Origin: a bacterium
Lineage (GTDB): Bacteria > Patescibacteriota > Minisyncoccia > Phycocordibacterales > UBA5272
Length of the DNA stretch: 49,340 nt
NCBI GenBank assembly: GCA_043771335.1
Contig: JAYVHM010000005.1
Coordinates: 1-49,340, forward strand
Direction: 5' to 3'
This document shows positions 26,495 to 35,775 of this stretch, one piece after another (position 1 is the stretch's first letter; each line of letters opens with the position of its first letter). The notes under the pieces are model-generated. The model searched no databases. It was not told the DNA's origin and saw only the letters and a list, made by a program, of their open reading frames with translations. Position numbers and translations under genes: made by a program.

Positions 26495-28027
26495 CTAAAT
26501 TAAACTACTAACAGCCTGATTAAACTTCTCTCCCCTGTCATATTCATTTTGAAACATACCAAAAGATGCAAAGGCTGGGGTAAATAAAATAATATTTTCA
26601 GCATCACTTTCCTTACCATTCTCAGACACGCTTCGCGCTGTGGTCACTGCCAACTCCAAATTTTCTACCAATATATAATCCTTAAAATTATTTTTCTCAA
26701 ATATTTCTAATAATTTTCTTGTTCCTGTTGTAGTCTCGTCACTTAGTAAGATAATTTCTTTTATTATATTTTTATTCTTAAAATCTATTATCGTATTAAC
26801 ATAATTAGTCATGTCTAGCTCTTTGTCTCGACCTCCTGTTATGAGTATTATTTTCTTACTTGTGTTTTGATTTTCTGTAGCGAAGCTTTTAAGCGCTGCG
26901 ATGCTGGCATCCCCTGTGGTCGCACAAGTATCATTAATATAATCTACTCCATTTAAAGTTCTAACTTTTTCAAGCCTTCCCTCCACTCCATAAAAATCAT
27001 CCAAGCTTTTCTGTATACTAATATCATCTACTCCAAAACTTTTACAAGCAGTGATAGCGAGTGCTACGTTTATCTTATTATGCTCTCCTGGTAAATTAGA
27101 TTTAAAATTATTATTTATTTCTAATATATTTTCTTCATTTAAAAATATTTTTTTATTTTCTTTATTATAAAAATCTTTTAACTCATCATCACTTAGATAC
27201 TTCTCCATGCTTAGCATTATATTTTCTGTGCTTACAAAAACATCTGTATTATTTTTCTCAGATCTTTGATTGAGGAATATCGCAGCCTTGTCGTGAAAGT
27301 AGTCCTGCATATCACCCTTATAATAATTCATATGATCAGGCATAATGTTTGTAAAAACTGCAATGTCTGGAGAATACCCTATATCTGCAAATCCTTGTAA
27401 TATCCATGAATCTAACTCCATAACAATCACGTCGCCAGATTTTACATGTTTTAAATTCTCAAGAGTAGCTACACCTTGAACGTTACCACCAAAATATACT
27501 TTTCTATTTGTGTTCTCTAAATAATCTTCTATAATTTTTTTTATCAAAAATGTAGTGGTGGTTTTTCCTCTCGTGCCCGTCACGCCAATTATTTTTATAA
27601 TATTATTTTCTTCCTGATTAAGATTAAACTCTCTGATTATTTCTACAAATAGGCTAGACTCTTGATATATTTTTACACCACTTTTTTTTGCGTGATTTAA
27701 ATATATATTATCTTTTGGGACACCGCTCGCCTGCACGACATAGTCACAATTTTCTTTTTCAAAATCTTCTAATCTGTGCTCGCCTAATCTATAAGTTATT
27801 CTGTTTTCATCTATATTGTTTTCTTTTATAAAATCTTCTACTTCCTTTATACTTTGCCCTAAATCTTTTTCACTTTTCATGTCAGTCACTAAAACACTTG
27901 CTCCATTTTCTAATAAAAATTTTACCACATTAGCCCCACGCCCCAAAAAACCAAAACCCTGTTTGGTTATTCTCTTACCCTCAAAGTGTTTTTTGTAATC
28001 GAGACTTTTGTCTAAACTTTTCTTCAT
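26495..28027 (-). CDS. murD: UDP-N-acetylmuramoylalanine--D-glutamate ligase (Mur ligase family)
   Basis: N-terminal Rossmann region GFGFLGRGANVVKFLLENGASVLVTD. Mur ligase P-loop GVTGTRGKTTTT. I prefer the ATG at 28027 over the track's TTG at 28051. The protein is longer than E. coli MurD because of inserts. Confidence 0.78.
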   Translation of the reverse strand: MKKSLDKSLDYKKHFEGKRITKQGFGFLGRGANVVKFLLENGASVLVTDMKSEKDLGQSIKEVEDFIKENNIDENRITYRLGEHRLEDFEKENCDYVVQASGVPKDNIYLNHAKKSGVKIYQESSLFVEIIREFNLNQEENNIIKIIGVTGTRGKTTTTFLIKKIIEDYLENTNRKVYFGGNVQGVATLENLKHVKSGDVIVMELDSWILQGFADIGYSPDIAVFTNIMPDHMNYYKGDMQDYFHDKAAIFLNQRSEKNNTDVFVSTENIMLSMEKYLSDDELKDFYNKENKKIFLNEENILEINNNFKSNLPGEHNKINVALAITACKSFGVDDISIQKSLDDFYGVEGRLEKVRTLNGVDYINDTCATTGDASIAALKSFATENQNTSKKIILITGGRDKELDMTNYVNTIIDFKNKNIIKEIILLSDETTTGTRKLLEIFEKNNFKDYILVENLELAVTTARSVSENGKESDAENIILFTPAFASFGMFQNEYDRGEKFNQAVSSLI

Positions 28028-28133
28028 TTTAATATTATACACTAAAGACAAAACTCTGTATACTTTGAGGTCTAAAAATGATAATATGTATGTAGGAAAA
28101 GACGGAAATCAAATATATAATATTAATTAAAAT

Positions 28134-30446
28134 ATGCTAAAAAAAATACATCATGCTCTTAGTGGCCACACCAGTGGGCGCGCTCATCAAAAAGATGAAT
28201 ACGAAGAGAATCATCACAAAAACCTTAATCACAGGAGAAAGAGTTATGGTACTTCTCTTTTCAAAGAGATGACCCTATTCACTTTTGGATTAGGGTTCAT
28301 TTTGGTTGCTATAACTTTAGTATGGGTAGCGACTCTTCGCTTGCCAGATTTTAATGATTTTGAAAATAGAAAAATAGCTAATAGTACAAAAATATATGAT
28401 AAAACTGGAAAAGTTTTACTCTATAATCTTCACGATAATATCAAGAGAACTCAAGTAAAATCTGAAGATATAAGTGATAATATAAAAAGAGCAACAATAG
28501 CCATCGAAGATAGAGACTTCTACCAACATTATGGCATTAGTCCAAGGGGTATCATGCGCTCTGTCTATGTTGCCGTCACCACTGGGTCAGCTTCACAAGG
28601 AGGCTCAACAATAACACAGCAAGTAATCAAAAATGCATTACTTACCAGAGAGAAAACAATTACAAGAAAATTAAAAGAGTGGATACTCGCTGTAAAGTTA
28701 GATGCTCAAGTTAGTAAAGAGGACATTCTGACCATATATCTAAACGAATCTCCGTATGGAGGAACTATTTACGGTGTAGAAGAGGCTTCACTGTCTTATT
28801 TTAATAAAAATGCAAAAGATGTAACTCTCGTTGAGGCTGCATACTTAGCGGCTATGCCTCAGGCCCCTTCTCGTTACTCACCTTTTTCTGGAAACAAAGA
28901 AGCTTTAGAGAATAGAAAAAATCTGGTTCTAGATAAAATGCTAGAGACAGATGCTATCACAAAAGAAGAATATGATAAAGCAAAATTAGAGAAGGTAGAG
29001 TTTCAAGAGAGAGATAATGTAAATGGAAAAGCTTATCACTTTGTATTTTATGTTATAGAATATCTTGAAGATAAATACGGAAAAGAGGTTATAGAAAATG
29101 ATGGACTAAAAGTCACAACGACTCTTAATTGGGATTATCAAAAAGAAGGTGAGAAGATCGTAAAAGAAGCTGCACTTAAAAATGCAGCGAAGTTCGGCGC
29201 AGAAAATGCTGCCATGGTAACTCTAGATCCAAAGACTGGGCAAATATTAGCCATGGTAGGTTCGAGAGATTATTTTGACGATGAGATAGATGGAAAATAT
29301 AATATAGCAACAGCACTCAGACAGCCAGGCTCTACTTTTAAGCCCATTGTCTATCTTCTTGGTTTTATGCGTGGCTTTGAACCTGAAACTGTTTTGTATG
29401 ATTTACCTACACAATTCTCTACGAACTGTGATGCCTATGGGACCAGCTTAAATGGGGGCAAATGTTATGCACCAGTTAATTATGATGGAAACTTTCATGG
29501 TCCAGTGTCATTACGTATTGCTCTTCAAAATAGTATTAACATCCCTGCTATAAAAATGCTTTACTTGGTTGGAATCAAAAATACTTTAGACTTTGCAAAG
29601 AAGCTTGGCATATCTTCGCTCGGTGACACTTCTCGTTTTGGTTTGTCTCTGGTGCTTGGAGGTGGTGAGGTATCATTGCTTGAGATGACAAATGTATACT
29701 CTACTTTTGCTAATAGCGGTGTCTACAATAAGACTACACCGATATTAGAAGTAAAAGATAAAGATGGAAATATTTTAGAAAAATATACACAAAAAAGTGT
29801 AGACGTAGTACCAAAAGAATATACAGATAAATTATCAAATGTGCTCAGCGATGCTGAGGCCAGAAGCCTAACCTTTTCTCGTGGTAATCCTATTAACTTT
29901 TATGATAGGCAAGTAGCTGCAAAGACAGGAACTACCAATGATTTTCGTGACGTATGGGTTATGGGTTATACCCCAAGCATTGCTGTTGGAACCTGGGGAG
30001 GTAATAACAATAACAAATCAGTTACTAATGTCGCAGGTGCCGTATTGTCTCCTATGTGGAGAAAATATATGAACTTTGTTTTAGCTGATCTACCTGTTGA
30101 AACTTTTGATACACCTCATGCTGACGCCAGCTCAACACCACATTATCTAAATGGTAATTACTGCGCAGCTGGAGCTGGCACTATATTACGCTTCATCGGT
30201 GGACAAGGCGGTAAAGGCGGATCAAGTGATCCACAGTACAGTCTATGGAATACACCGATACTTGCGGGGAATTATTGTAATAATGGTGATACTGGTGTAG
30301 AGACAAATACAACAGGCACGACAGATACAACAACAAACACAATTGAAACTAGCCCTGTAAATACAGAACCAAATGCGACCCAAGACACCACCACCACAAA
30401 TAACGGGAACACAATCAACCTGATCTTTACCCCATCTTCTATATAG
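28134..30446 (+). CDS. Class A penicillin-binding protein (bifunctional GT51 transglycosylase / transpeptidase)
   Basis: TM anchor. GT51 motifs are EDRDFYQHYGISPRG, GGSTITQQVIKN and RKLKEW. Transpeptidase motifs are STFKP, SINIP (SxN) and KTGTT. Thr-rich C-terminal tail. Confidence 0.92.
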   Translation: MLKKIHHALSGHTSGRAHQKDEYEENHHKNLNHRRKSYGTSLFKEMTLFTFGLGFILVAITLVWVATLRLPDFNDFENRKIANSTKIYDKTGKVLLYNLHDNIKRTQVKSEDISDNIKRATIAIEDRDFYQHYGISPRGIMRSVYVAVTTGSASQGGSTITQQVIKNALLTREKTITRKLKEWILAVKLDAQVSKEDILTIYLNESPYGGTIYGVEEASLSYFNKNAKDVTLVEAAYLAAMPQAPSRYSPFSGNKEALENRKNLVLDKMLETDAITKEEYDKAKLEKVEFQERDNVNGKAYHFVFYVIEYLEDKYGKEVIENDGLKVTTTLNWDYQKEGEKIVKEAALKNAAKFGAENAAMVTLDPKTGQILAMVGSRDYFDDEIDGKYNIATALRQPGSTFKPIVYLLGFMRGFEPETVLYDLPTQFSTNCDAYGTSLNGGKCYAPVNYDGNFHGPVSLRIALQNSINIPAIKMLYLVGIKNTLDFAKKLGISSLGDTSRFGLSLVLGGGEVSLLEMTNVYSTFANSGVYNKTTPILEVKDKDGNILEKYTQKSVDVVPKEYTDKLSNVLSDAEARSLTFSRGNPINFYDRQVAAKTGTTNDFRDVWVMGYTPSIAVGTWGGNNNNKSVTNVAGAVLSPMWRKYMNFVLADLPVETFDTPHADASSTPHYLNGNYCAAGAGTILRFIGGQGGKGGSSDPQYSLWNTPILAGNYCNNGDTGVETNTTGTTDTTTNTIETSPVNTEPNATQDTTTTNNGNTINLIFTPSSI

Positions 30447-30449
30447 ATG

Positions 30450-30488
30450 AAAATAAATAACGGCGCCTTTGGCGCCGTTATTTATTTT
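30450..30488. terminator. Bidirectional intrinsic terminator
   Basis: aaataaataacggcgcc-ttt-ggcgccgttatttattt, a perfect 17-bp stem with flanking A/T runs. Confidence 0.7.
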
Positions 30489-30500
30489 TTATATTTTTAA

Positions 30501-31358
30501 TTATAGACCTGCATACCTATCAATTTTTATTCTATCTAAATGCATATTGTAAACATCGTCCTCAGAAAGACCTAATAGACTCACAGCTTCCCTATGTGAA
30601 TTAATTCTGCTTTGCTTCCAATCATTAAACATACTCTCTTTTTCATATTTCTTTTCTTCTTCAGAAACGCCTTCTTTTGGTCTACTTTCAACTCTAGACC
30701 TAATAGTATTTTTTACAGACGCAAGATCTTCTTCTGTACCATCTGGATTAATAAGGGTCGCGAATAGATCAGGTCTACTGGCAAAAGTTTTTATCGCTTT
30801 AGCAACTTCATTATCCTGTTCTGGTGTTTTAGAACTCTTAAGTTTGTCTGAAATGCTCATAGTAAGCGCTTCATTAAAAACCTGCAGTGACTGTTTGTAT
30901 TTATTTGGATCTTTTGCGTACGATTCTAAAATAGACTTAACTGAACTTTTAATATCTTTTAGGTCAATAATCGTATCGAGAGATCTTTTAAGATTATTTC
31001 TTTCACTTTCGTAATTCTTATCATTAATTACCCCCTCTTCGATTTTTTTATTACTGTCAAACATTTCTTTTGCCTTCACATGCGCATCATCAAGAGGTAT
31101 TGTCGCTGGTTTTACTAAATATTTTTTATCTGCAGCAGCGGTTATTTCTGCCAATTTAGCTGGGTCAGCATTTGGATCATTAGTCGCTGCAAGTAAAGCG
31201 CTACCTGGATTAGTATTGTGGTCTGGGTATAAATTAGGCATTGCAGATTTTGCACCATCTATTAGTGTAGGTTGCACTGCTGGACTAGTTTTAACTTCTA
31301 GTGCTGCCAATCTTGCTTTTTCTTGATCTGGAGTTTCTAATTCAAATGTTGGTTCCAT
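30501..31358 (-). CDS. Hypothetical protein (285 aa), no recognisable family
   Basis: Clean ORF. No signal peptide or TM segment. Ala/Pro-rich N-terminal part, then a K/E/D-rich helical part. Confidence 0.7.
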   Translation of the reverse strand: MEPTFELETPDQEKARLAALEVKTSPAVQPTLIDGAKSAMPNLYPDHNTNPGSALLAATNDPNADPAKLAEITAAADKKYLVKPATIPLDDAHVKAKEMFDSNKKIEEGVINDKNYESERNNLKRSLDTIIDLKDIKSSVKSILESYAKDPNKYKQSLQVFNEALTMSISDKLKSSKTPEQDNEVAKAIKTFASRPDLFATLINPDGTEEDLASVKNTIRSRVESRPKEGVSEEEKKYEKESMFNDWKQSRINSHREAVSLLGLSEDDVYNMHLDRIKIDRYAGL

Positions 31359-31495
31359 ATTATTATTATTTTTTAATTAAGTTTTATATAATTACTAAAT
31401 TAAATTTTATTTTTAAAATATATTTTAGTTAATATAACTATAGCAAGACACGACCCACCCCCGCAAGCTATTTGTGCACACATGAAAGTTTGAGA

Positions 31496-32383
31496 CTAGC
31501 AAAAATCTCTCAAAAAGTTTTTTTCTAATTGGCTTTTTAAATCTTCTACTTTTATATTTTTAATCTCGGCTATTTTATTTATTATAATCTCAATATTTTC
31601 TGAGCTGTTTATCTTACTTACCCTCTTCCCTTCACTGTCTTTTGGTACTACGTATGGACTGTCTGTCTCAGTGTGTATGTGGTCTGTTGGTATGTATTTT
31701 AATACTTCATTATATTCATCTGTAATAGTAATCACTCCACCAAATGAAAAAGTAAAACCAAGATTAATAAATCTTTGAGCTACTTCAATATTTCCAACAA
31801 AAAAATGCACATTGCCAACAGATTTTTTTTCTATTTTTTTAATCTCTACATCAACATCATCACTTTCTTCTCTATTTTCTTTTTTATAATATTTTTCTAA
31901 TATGAAAAGCATGTCTTCGTATGCATCTACTCCTTCTGGATTATCTATTTCATTTTTCTCACTTGGCCTGCCGTGTATCATGAGTGGCTTATTGTATTTC
32001 TTTGCGAATTCTATTTGTTCTATAAAAAGACTTTGTTGTCTATCCACCTCTCTATCCATATTTTCTATTAACCCTTTTTCCTTATCTCCTTTTAAATAAA
32101 AATAATCAAGTCCACACTCCCCTACAGCTACACACTTACTGTCTTCCATGTATTTCTCATAGTCTGATTCTAAAAAATCTTCATCAAGATTATCATGTGG
32201 ATGTAAGCCTACAGTATAAAATACTCCATCATATTTATCTGCTAATTTCTTTGCTTTTTCATTATTTGTCTTATCTGTACCTATGGTTATGATTTTAATA
32301 TTTTTATTTTCTAGATTCTTCATTCTCTCAGCTAGAGTATCTAAAAAAATATCATCGTGCATATGGGTGTGAACATCGTACAT
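31496..32383 (-). CDS. tatD: TatD-family metal-dependent hydrolase
   Basis: Contains MYDVHTHMHDD, ECGLDY, MIHGR, NVHFF and ETDSPY. There is an acidic insert in the middle. Confidence 0.85.
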   Translation of the reverse strand: MYDVHTHMHDDIFLDTLAERMKNLENKNIKIITIGTDKTNNEKAKKLADKYDGVFYTVGLHPHDNLDEDFLESDYEKYMEDSKCVAVGECGLDYFYLKGDKEKGLIENMDREVDRQQSLFIEQIEFAKKYNKPLMIHGRPSEKNEIDNPEGVDAYEDMLFILEKYYKKENREESDDVDVEIKKIEKKSVGNVHFFVGNIEVAQRFINLGFTFSFGGVITITDEYNEVLKYIPTDHIHTETDSPYVVPKDSEGKRVSKINSSENIEIIINKIAEIKNIKVEDLKSQLEKNFLRDFC

Positions 32384-32387
32384 AAAA

Positions 32388-33149
32388 TTACAAATTAATT
32401 ATTAAAATAATCCCAAGCAATATTCTATATATTCCAAAAGGGACAAAAGAATATTTTTTCACAAAAGGGATTAGCATCTTTAAAACAATAAGCGCAGTGA
32501 GGAATGCAAAACTAAATCCGATAAATATGTTCAAAATATTATTTTGTTCATTTAAAAAAACTTCTCTATTTTTTAATATTGAATAACATGTAGCAGCAAA
32601 CATAGTTGGCACCGCTAGTAAAAAAGCATACTTTGCTATCACCTCTCTTTCATATCTCATAATAAGACCACTGACAATAATAGCCCCTGACCTAGATACT
32701 CCTGGTATCATTGCAATTGATTGTACCACTCCAAATAAAAATGAATTTTTGTATGTGATTTCTTTTTTAAAATTACTCTGCTTTTTATACCAGACCTCTG
32801 TTATTATCATAATAATACCACCAAGTAAAAGTGTGTAAGCTATTACTTGAGGATTGGCTAATAATATTTTTACATAGTCTTTAAATACTAGCCCAATAAC
32901 TATAGTGGGGACCACCCCAACCACTAATATTTTTATGGTTTCTAACTTTATCAAATCTTTAAAATAGTAAAAAACTACAGCAAATACCGCTCCTAGCTGT
33001 ATTGATATTTCAAAAGTCTGTATAAGGTCTGATCTTAGATCGTAGCCAAGAAAATAATTAGCTAATACAAGATGTGCAGTAGATGAGACTGGCAAAAATT
33101 CTGTAAAACCTTCTAATATGCCAAGAAAAATGGAGTGTATTGTTTGCAT
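32388..33149 (-). CDS. uppP: Undecaprenyl-diphosphate phosphatase
   Basis: GILEGFTEFLPVSSTAHLVL and PGVSRSGAII motifs, and multiple TM segments. I prefer the start at MQTIHSIFLG (33149) over the track start at 33212. Confidence 0.9.
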   Translation of the reverse strand: MQTIHSIFLGILEGFTEFLPVSSTAHLVLANYFLGYDLRSDLIQTFEISIQLGAVFAVVFYYFKDLIKLETIKILVVGVVPTIVIGLVFKDYVKILLANPQVIAYTLLLGGIIMIITEVWYKKQSNFKKEITYKNSFLFGVVQSIAMIPGVSRSGAIIVSGLIMRYEREVIAKYAFLLAVPTMFAATCYSILKNREVFLNEQNNILNIFIGFSFAFLTALIVLKMLIPFVKKYSFVPFGIYRILLGIILIINL

Positions 33150-33208
33150 ATTTTTAATTATAACATAAAAAACACACAAAATAATATAAATATTTTGTGT
33201 GTTTGTCT

Positions 33209-33895
33209 TCAACTTAAGACTGAGACACTTTTTATCTGCCTAGCGATCTTTTTAACTAGAGGGTCGTTATCTAACTTTAAAAGATGATGTAAAAACGTTG
33301 ACATTGTATGCTGGTCAAAATACTGAAAAGTCTTTCCGATAATATCCAATCTATAAGTCCCTACAACTTTTATTTTAAAATCACTAAGTATCTCTTTGTA
33401 ATCTAAGTGAAAAGTTAATATATTGCTAAGCGGCGACAATTTGTAATTGTTTCTTTTTTCCCACAATAGCCTAACTGTTCTGTGTATAAGAATATTTTGC
33501 CATATTGATAAATCAAAAGATTCAGACGAAACTTCTTCTACTTCATGCAGCGCTCGCATACTACCTGTTAATATTAACTGCTCTATTAGTTTTGATATTT
33601 CTTTTTGACTTAGAGGTCTGTCTAAGATATCCAAAGTAGCTGAGACGTCAAAGTATCGTCCAGTTGAAATAGCTTTTTTGAGGCAATCCTCATACCATGC
33701 CGTTGGAACTTCGAACTGTATGTGGTCAGTTATTTCTTTTGCTGTTGCAAAATCTGCTTCTTGTGCTAACAGATTTCTAGCCTGCTCTACGAGATCTGCA
33801 ACATTTAGACTTATTGGTTTTTCATATATCCCAATCAAAAGCTTTTTAACTTCGGGATTTTGTATATCTTTAAAAACTTTTTCTGCTTCAATCAT
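33209..33895 (-). CDS. Hypothetical protein (228 aa), no recognisable family
   Basis: Clean ORF directly upstream of uppP-tatD on the same strand. No TM segment or signal peptide. Confidence 0.65.
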   Translation of the reverse strand: MIEAEKVFKDIQNPEVKKLLIGIYEKPISLNVADLVEQARNLLAQEADFATAKEITDHIQFEVPTAWYEDCLKKAISTGRYFDVSATLDILDRPLSQKEISKLIEQLILTGSMRALHEVEEVSSESFDLSIWQNILIHRTVRLLWEKRNNYKLSPLSNILTFHLDYKEILSDFKIKVVGTYRLDIIGKTFQYFDQHTMSTFLHHLLKLDNDPLVKKIARQIKSVSVLS

Positions 33896-33952
33896 GGGAA
33901 ACTCCTTTTGGAAAAGTTGGTTTACTCTGACTTACATAGTATAATATAACAC

Positions 33953-34912
33953 ATGACACTAAGTGAACACAAGTTACAATATCTGGAATACATAGAAATA
34001 GAAAAAGGCAGGTCTCAATTAACCGTGCGTAATTACGATCACTACATATCTAGATTCATAAAGTTCTTAGGCTCAGAAAAAATGGGTGACATCACTGACC
34101 TTAAAATGCGTGAATACAGAATATATCTAAATAGACTAAGTGCTACACCACAAATGGATGCTGTAAAAAAGCATATAAACAAAAGTAGAATAGGAGAAAA
34201 GACATTAGACAAAAAAACACAGAATTATCACATGATAGCACTGCGAGCATTTTTCAAATTCCTAAGAAAAAGAGATGTAGACATATATGACCCTGAGAAA
34301 ATAGAATTAGCAAAAACTTCGCAACGTGAATTAGACCTCATAACCACCAAGGAATTAGAGAGGCTACTCTCCTCACCAGACGAAAACAAAATAGATGGAA
34401 AAAGGGACAAGGCCATACTAGAATTATTTTTTTCTACTGGATTACGCGTCTCAGAATTATGTGCGTTAGACAAGAATATAGACCTGAGTAATATAGAGAT
34501 GAGTATAAGAGGTAAAGGGGGTAAGGTGCGCGTGGTTTTTATAAGTGAACAAGCAAAAGATTATATTAAAAAATATCTGAAAGCGAGGGAGGATATGGAT
34601 GAGGCACTTTTTATAGATCATAGTAAGCGAGGGGCCGCTCGCTACGCTCGCGGCGAAAATCTCCGCCTCTCTGTTCGTAGTGTTGAACGCTGTATAGAAA
34701 AGTATGCGATGCTAGCAGGCATTAGTAAAAAGTGTACCCCTCACGTACTGCGTCACTCATTTGCAACTGATTTACTGTATAATGGGGCCGACCTACGTAC
34801 TGTGCAGATGATGCTGGGACATGCCAGTATTGCCACTACGCAGATATATACGAATGTTACGAACAAGTTCCTGCGTGAGCAATTTGAGAAGTTCCATAAT
34901 AAGAGGGGGTAG
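33953..34912 (+). CDS. Tyrosine site-specific recombinase, XerC/XerD type
   Basis: N-terminal SAM-like domain (YLEYIEIEKGRSQLTVRNY). The catalytic region contains ..GLRVSELCAL.., HVLRHSFATDLL and LGHASIATTQIYTNV, which supply the R..HxxR..H..Y residues. Confidence 0.88.
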   Translation: MTLSEHKLQYLEYIEIEKGRSQLTVRNYDHYISRFIKFLGSEKMGDITDLKMREYRIYLNRLSATPQMDAVKKHINKSRIGEKTLDKKTQNYHMIALRAFFKFLRKRDVDIYDPEKIELAKTSQRELDLITTKELERLLSSPDENKIDGKRDKAILELFFSTGLRVSELCALDKNIDLSNIEMSIRGKGGKVRVVFISEQAKDYIKKYLKAREDMDEALFIDHSKRGAARYARGENLRLSVRSVERCIEKYAMLAGISKKCTPHVLRHSFATDLLYNGADLRTVQMMLGHASIATTQIYTNVTNKFLREQFEKFHNKRG

Positions 34913-34925
34913 TTTTTTACCACGC

Positions 34926-34954
34926 TTGACAAATATTAGTAAATAGTATATTAT
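34926..34954 (+). promoter_or_regulatory. Candidate promoter for hfq
   Basis: Consensus TTGACA (34926-34931), a 17-nt spacer, then TATTAT (34949-34954). An SD (aaaggag) sits 7 nt before the hfq ATG. Confidence 0.5.
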
Positions 34955-35013
34955 TAAAAAGCTTAGCAAATCCGCTAACTATTTTCAATAACCAAAAAAT
35001 AAAGGAGCTCATT

Positions 35014-35310
35014 ATGAGCAACGAAAAACAAAATGCATTACAAGACCCTTTTCTGAATAAACTGAGAAAAGAGAATGTTCCCGTAAGTATATACCTAGTC
35101 AATGGTATAAAGCTGCAAGGGCAAATAGAGTCTTTTGACCAATACGTTATCCTGCTCCGCAATACGGTGACACAGATGGTGTATAAGCATGCCATCTCCA
35201 CCATCGTGCCTGGACGCACGATTGCCTTTACGCCCTACGATGCGGGGAATAACTTTATGAGCGCGGACACAGGCAAAAGCGAAGACCTGCCTAAAATACC
35301 TATTGATTAA
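35014..35310 (+). CDS. hfq: RNA chaperone Hfq (proteobacterial type)
   Basis: [58 protein letters not shown] is almost identical to the Sm1/Sm2 core of E. coli and Neisseria Hfq as I remember them. Confidence 0.96.
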   Translation: MSNEKQNALQDPFLNKLRKENVPVSIYLVNGIKLQGQIESFDQYVILLRNTVTQMVYKHAISTIVPGRTIAFTPYDAGNNFMSADTGKSEDLPKIPID

Positions 35311-35329
35311 TATCAAATAGCAGAGAAAC

Positions 35330-35359
35330 AAAACCACAAGTGGCAGTTGTGGTTTTTTA
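35330..35359 (+). terminator. Intrinsic terminator after hfq
   Basis: aaaccacaa-gtggcag-ttgtggttt followed by a T-run. Confidence 0.6.
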
Positions 35360-35395
35360 TTTTATATATGAACAGAAATGTGATAGAATGGGATT

Positions 35396-35725
35396 ATGAA
35401 AAAATATTTATTCCTAATAATCTTATTAGCGTTAGCAACTTCGGCTCTCTATTCTTATTTTATACTTGGCAATCAAATGCGCTCGGCGCGTGGTATCACT
35501 CTCGGCAAAGAATACTCTACTAAAATGTATAGTGACTACTCTGTTGCTGGTGAGAGCTGTCAAGGAGAAGACACTAACAGTGATGGTTATATTACTTGTA
35601 ATTTTAGATTAAAAGAAAATACTAGTGGCATGGAAAAAACTATTAACCTACAATGCCCTACTTTTATAAAATCATTTATGGCGACGAGTTGTAAAGAGAT
35701 TGGTATTACTATAAATCAGAACTAA
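35396..35725 (+). CDS. Hypothetical small exported or membrane-anchored Cys-containing protein (109 aa)
   Basis: N-terminal hydrophobic segment MKKYLFLIILLALATSALYSYFILG. Four Cys in the mature part. Confidence 0.55.
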   Translation: MKKYLFLIILLALATSALYSYFILGNQMRSARGITLGKEYSTKMYSDYSVAGESCQGEDTNSDGYITCNFRLKENTSGMEKTINLQCPTFIKSFMATSCKEIGITINQN

Positions 35726-35742
35726 TAACTAAAATAAAATAC

Positions 35743-35769
35743 AAAAGCGCGACCGAAGGTCGCGCTTTT
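35743..35769. terminator. Bidirectional terminator, second copy of the AAAAGCGCGACC/GGTCGCGCTTTT hairpin
   Basis: aaaagcgcgacc-gaa-ggtcgcgctttt. Confidence 0.7.
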
Positions 35770-35775
35770 CTTAGA

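Noticed and set aside
33953-34912. XerC/D recombinase as the integrase of a mobile element or prophage
   Set aside because: Its size and N-terminal SAM-like domain fit chromosomal XerC/D. I saw no flanking direct repeats, tRNA target, excisionase or phage genes. The compositional step inside it is reported separately as a finding.
34917-35337. Two minus-strand ORFs (100 aa and 80 aa) overlapping hfq
   Set aside because: They are antisense to an unmistakable Hfq coding sequence and arise from its elevated GC. They have no SD and no recognisable sequence.
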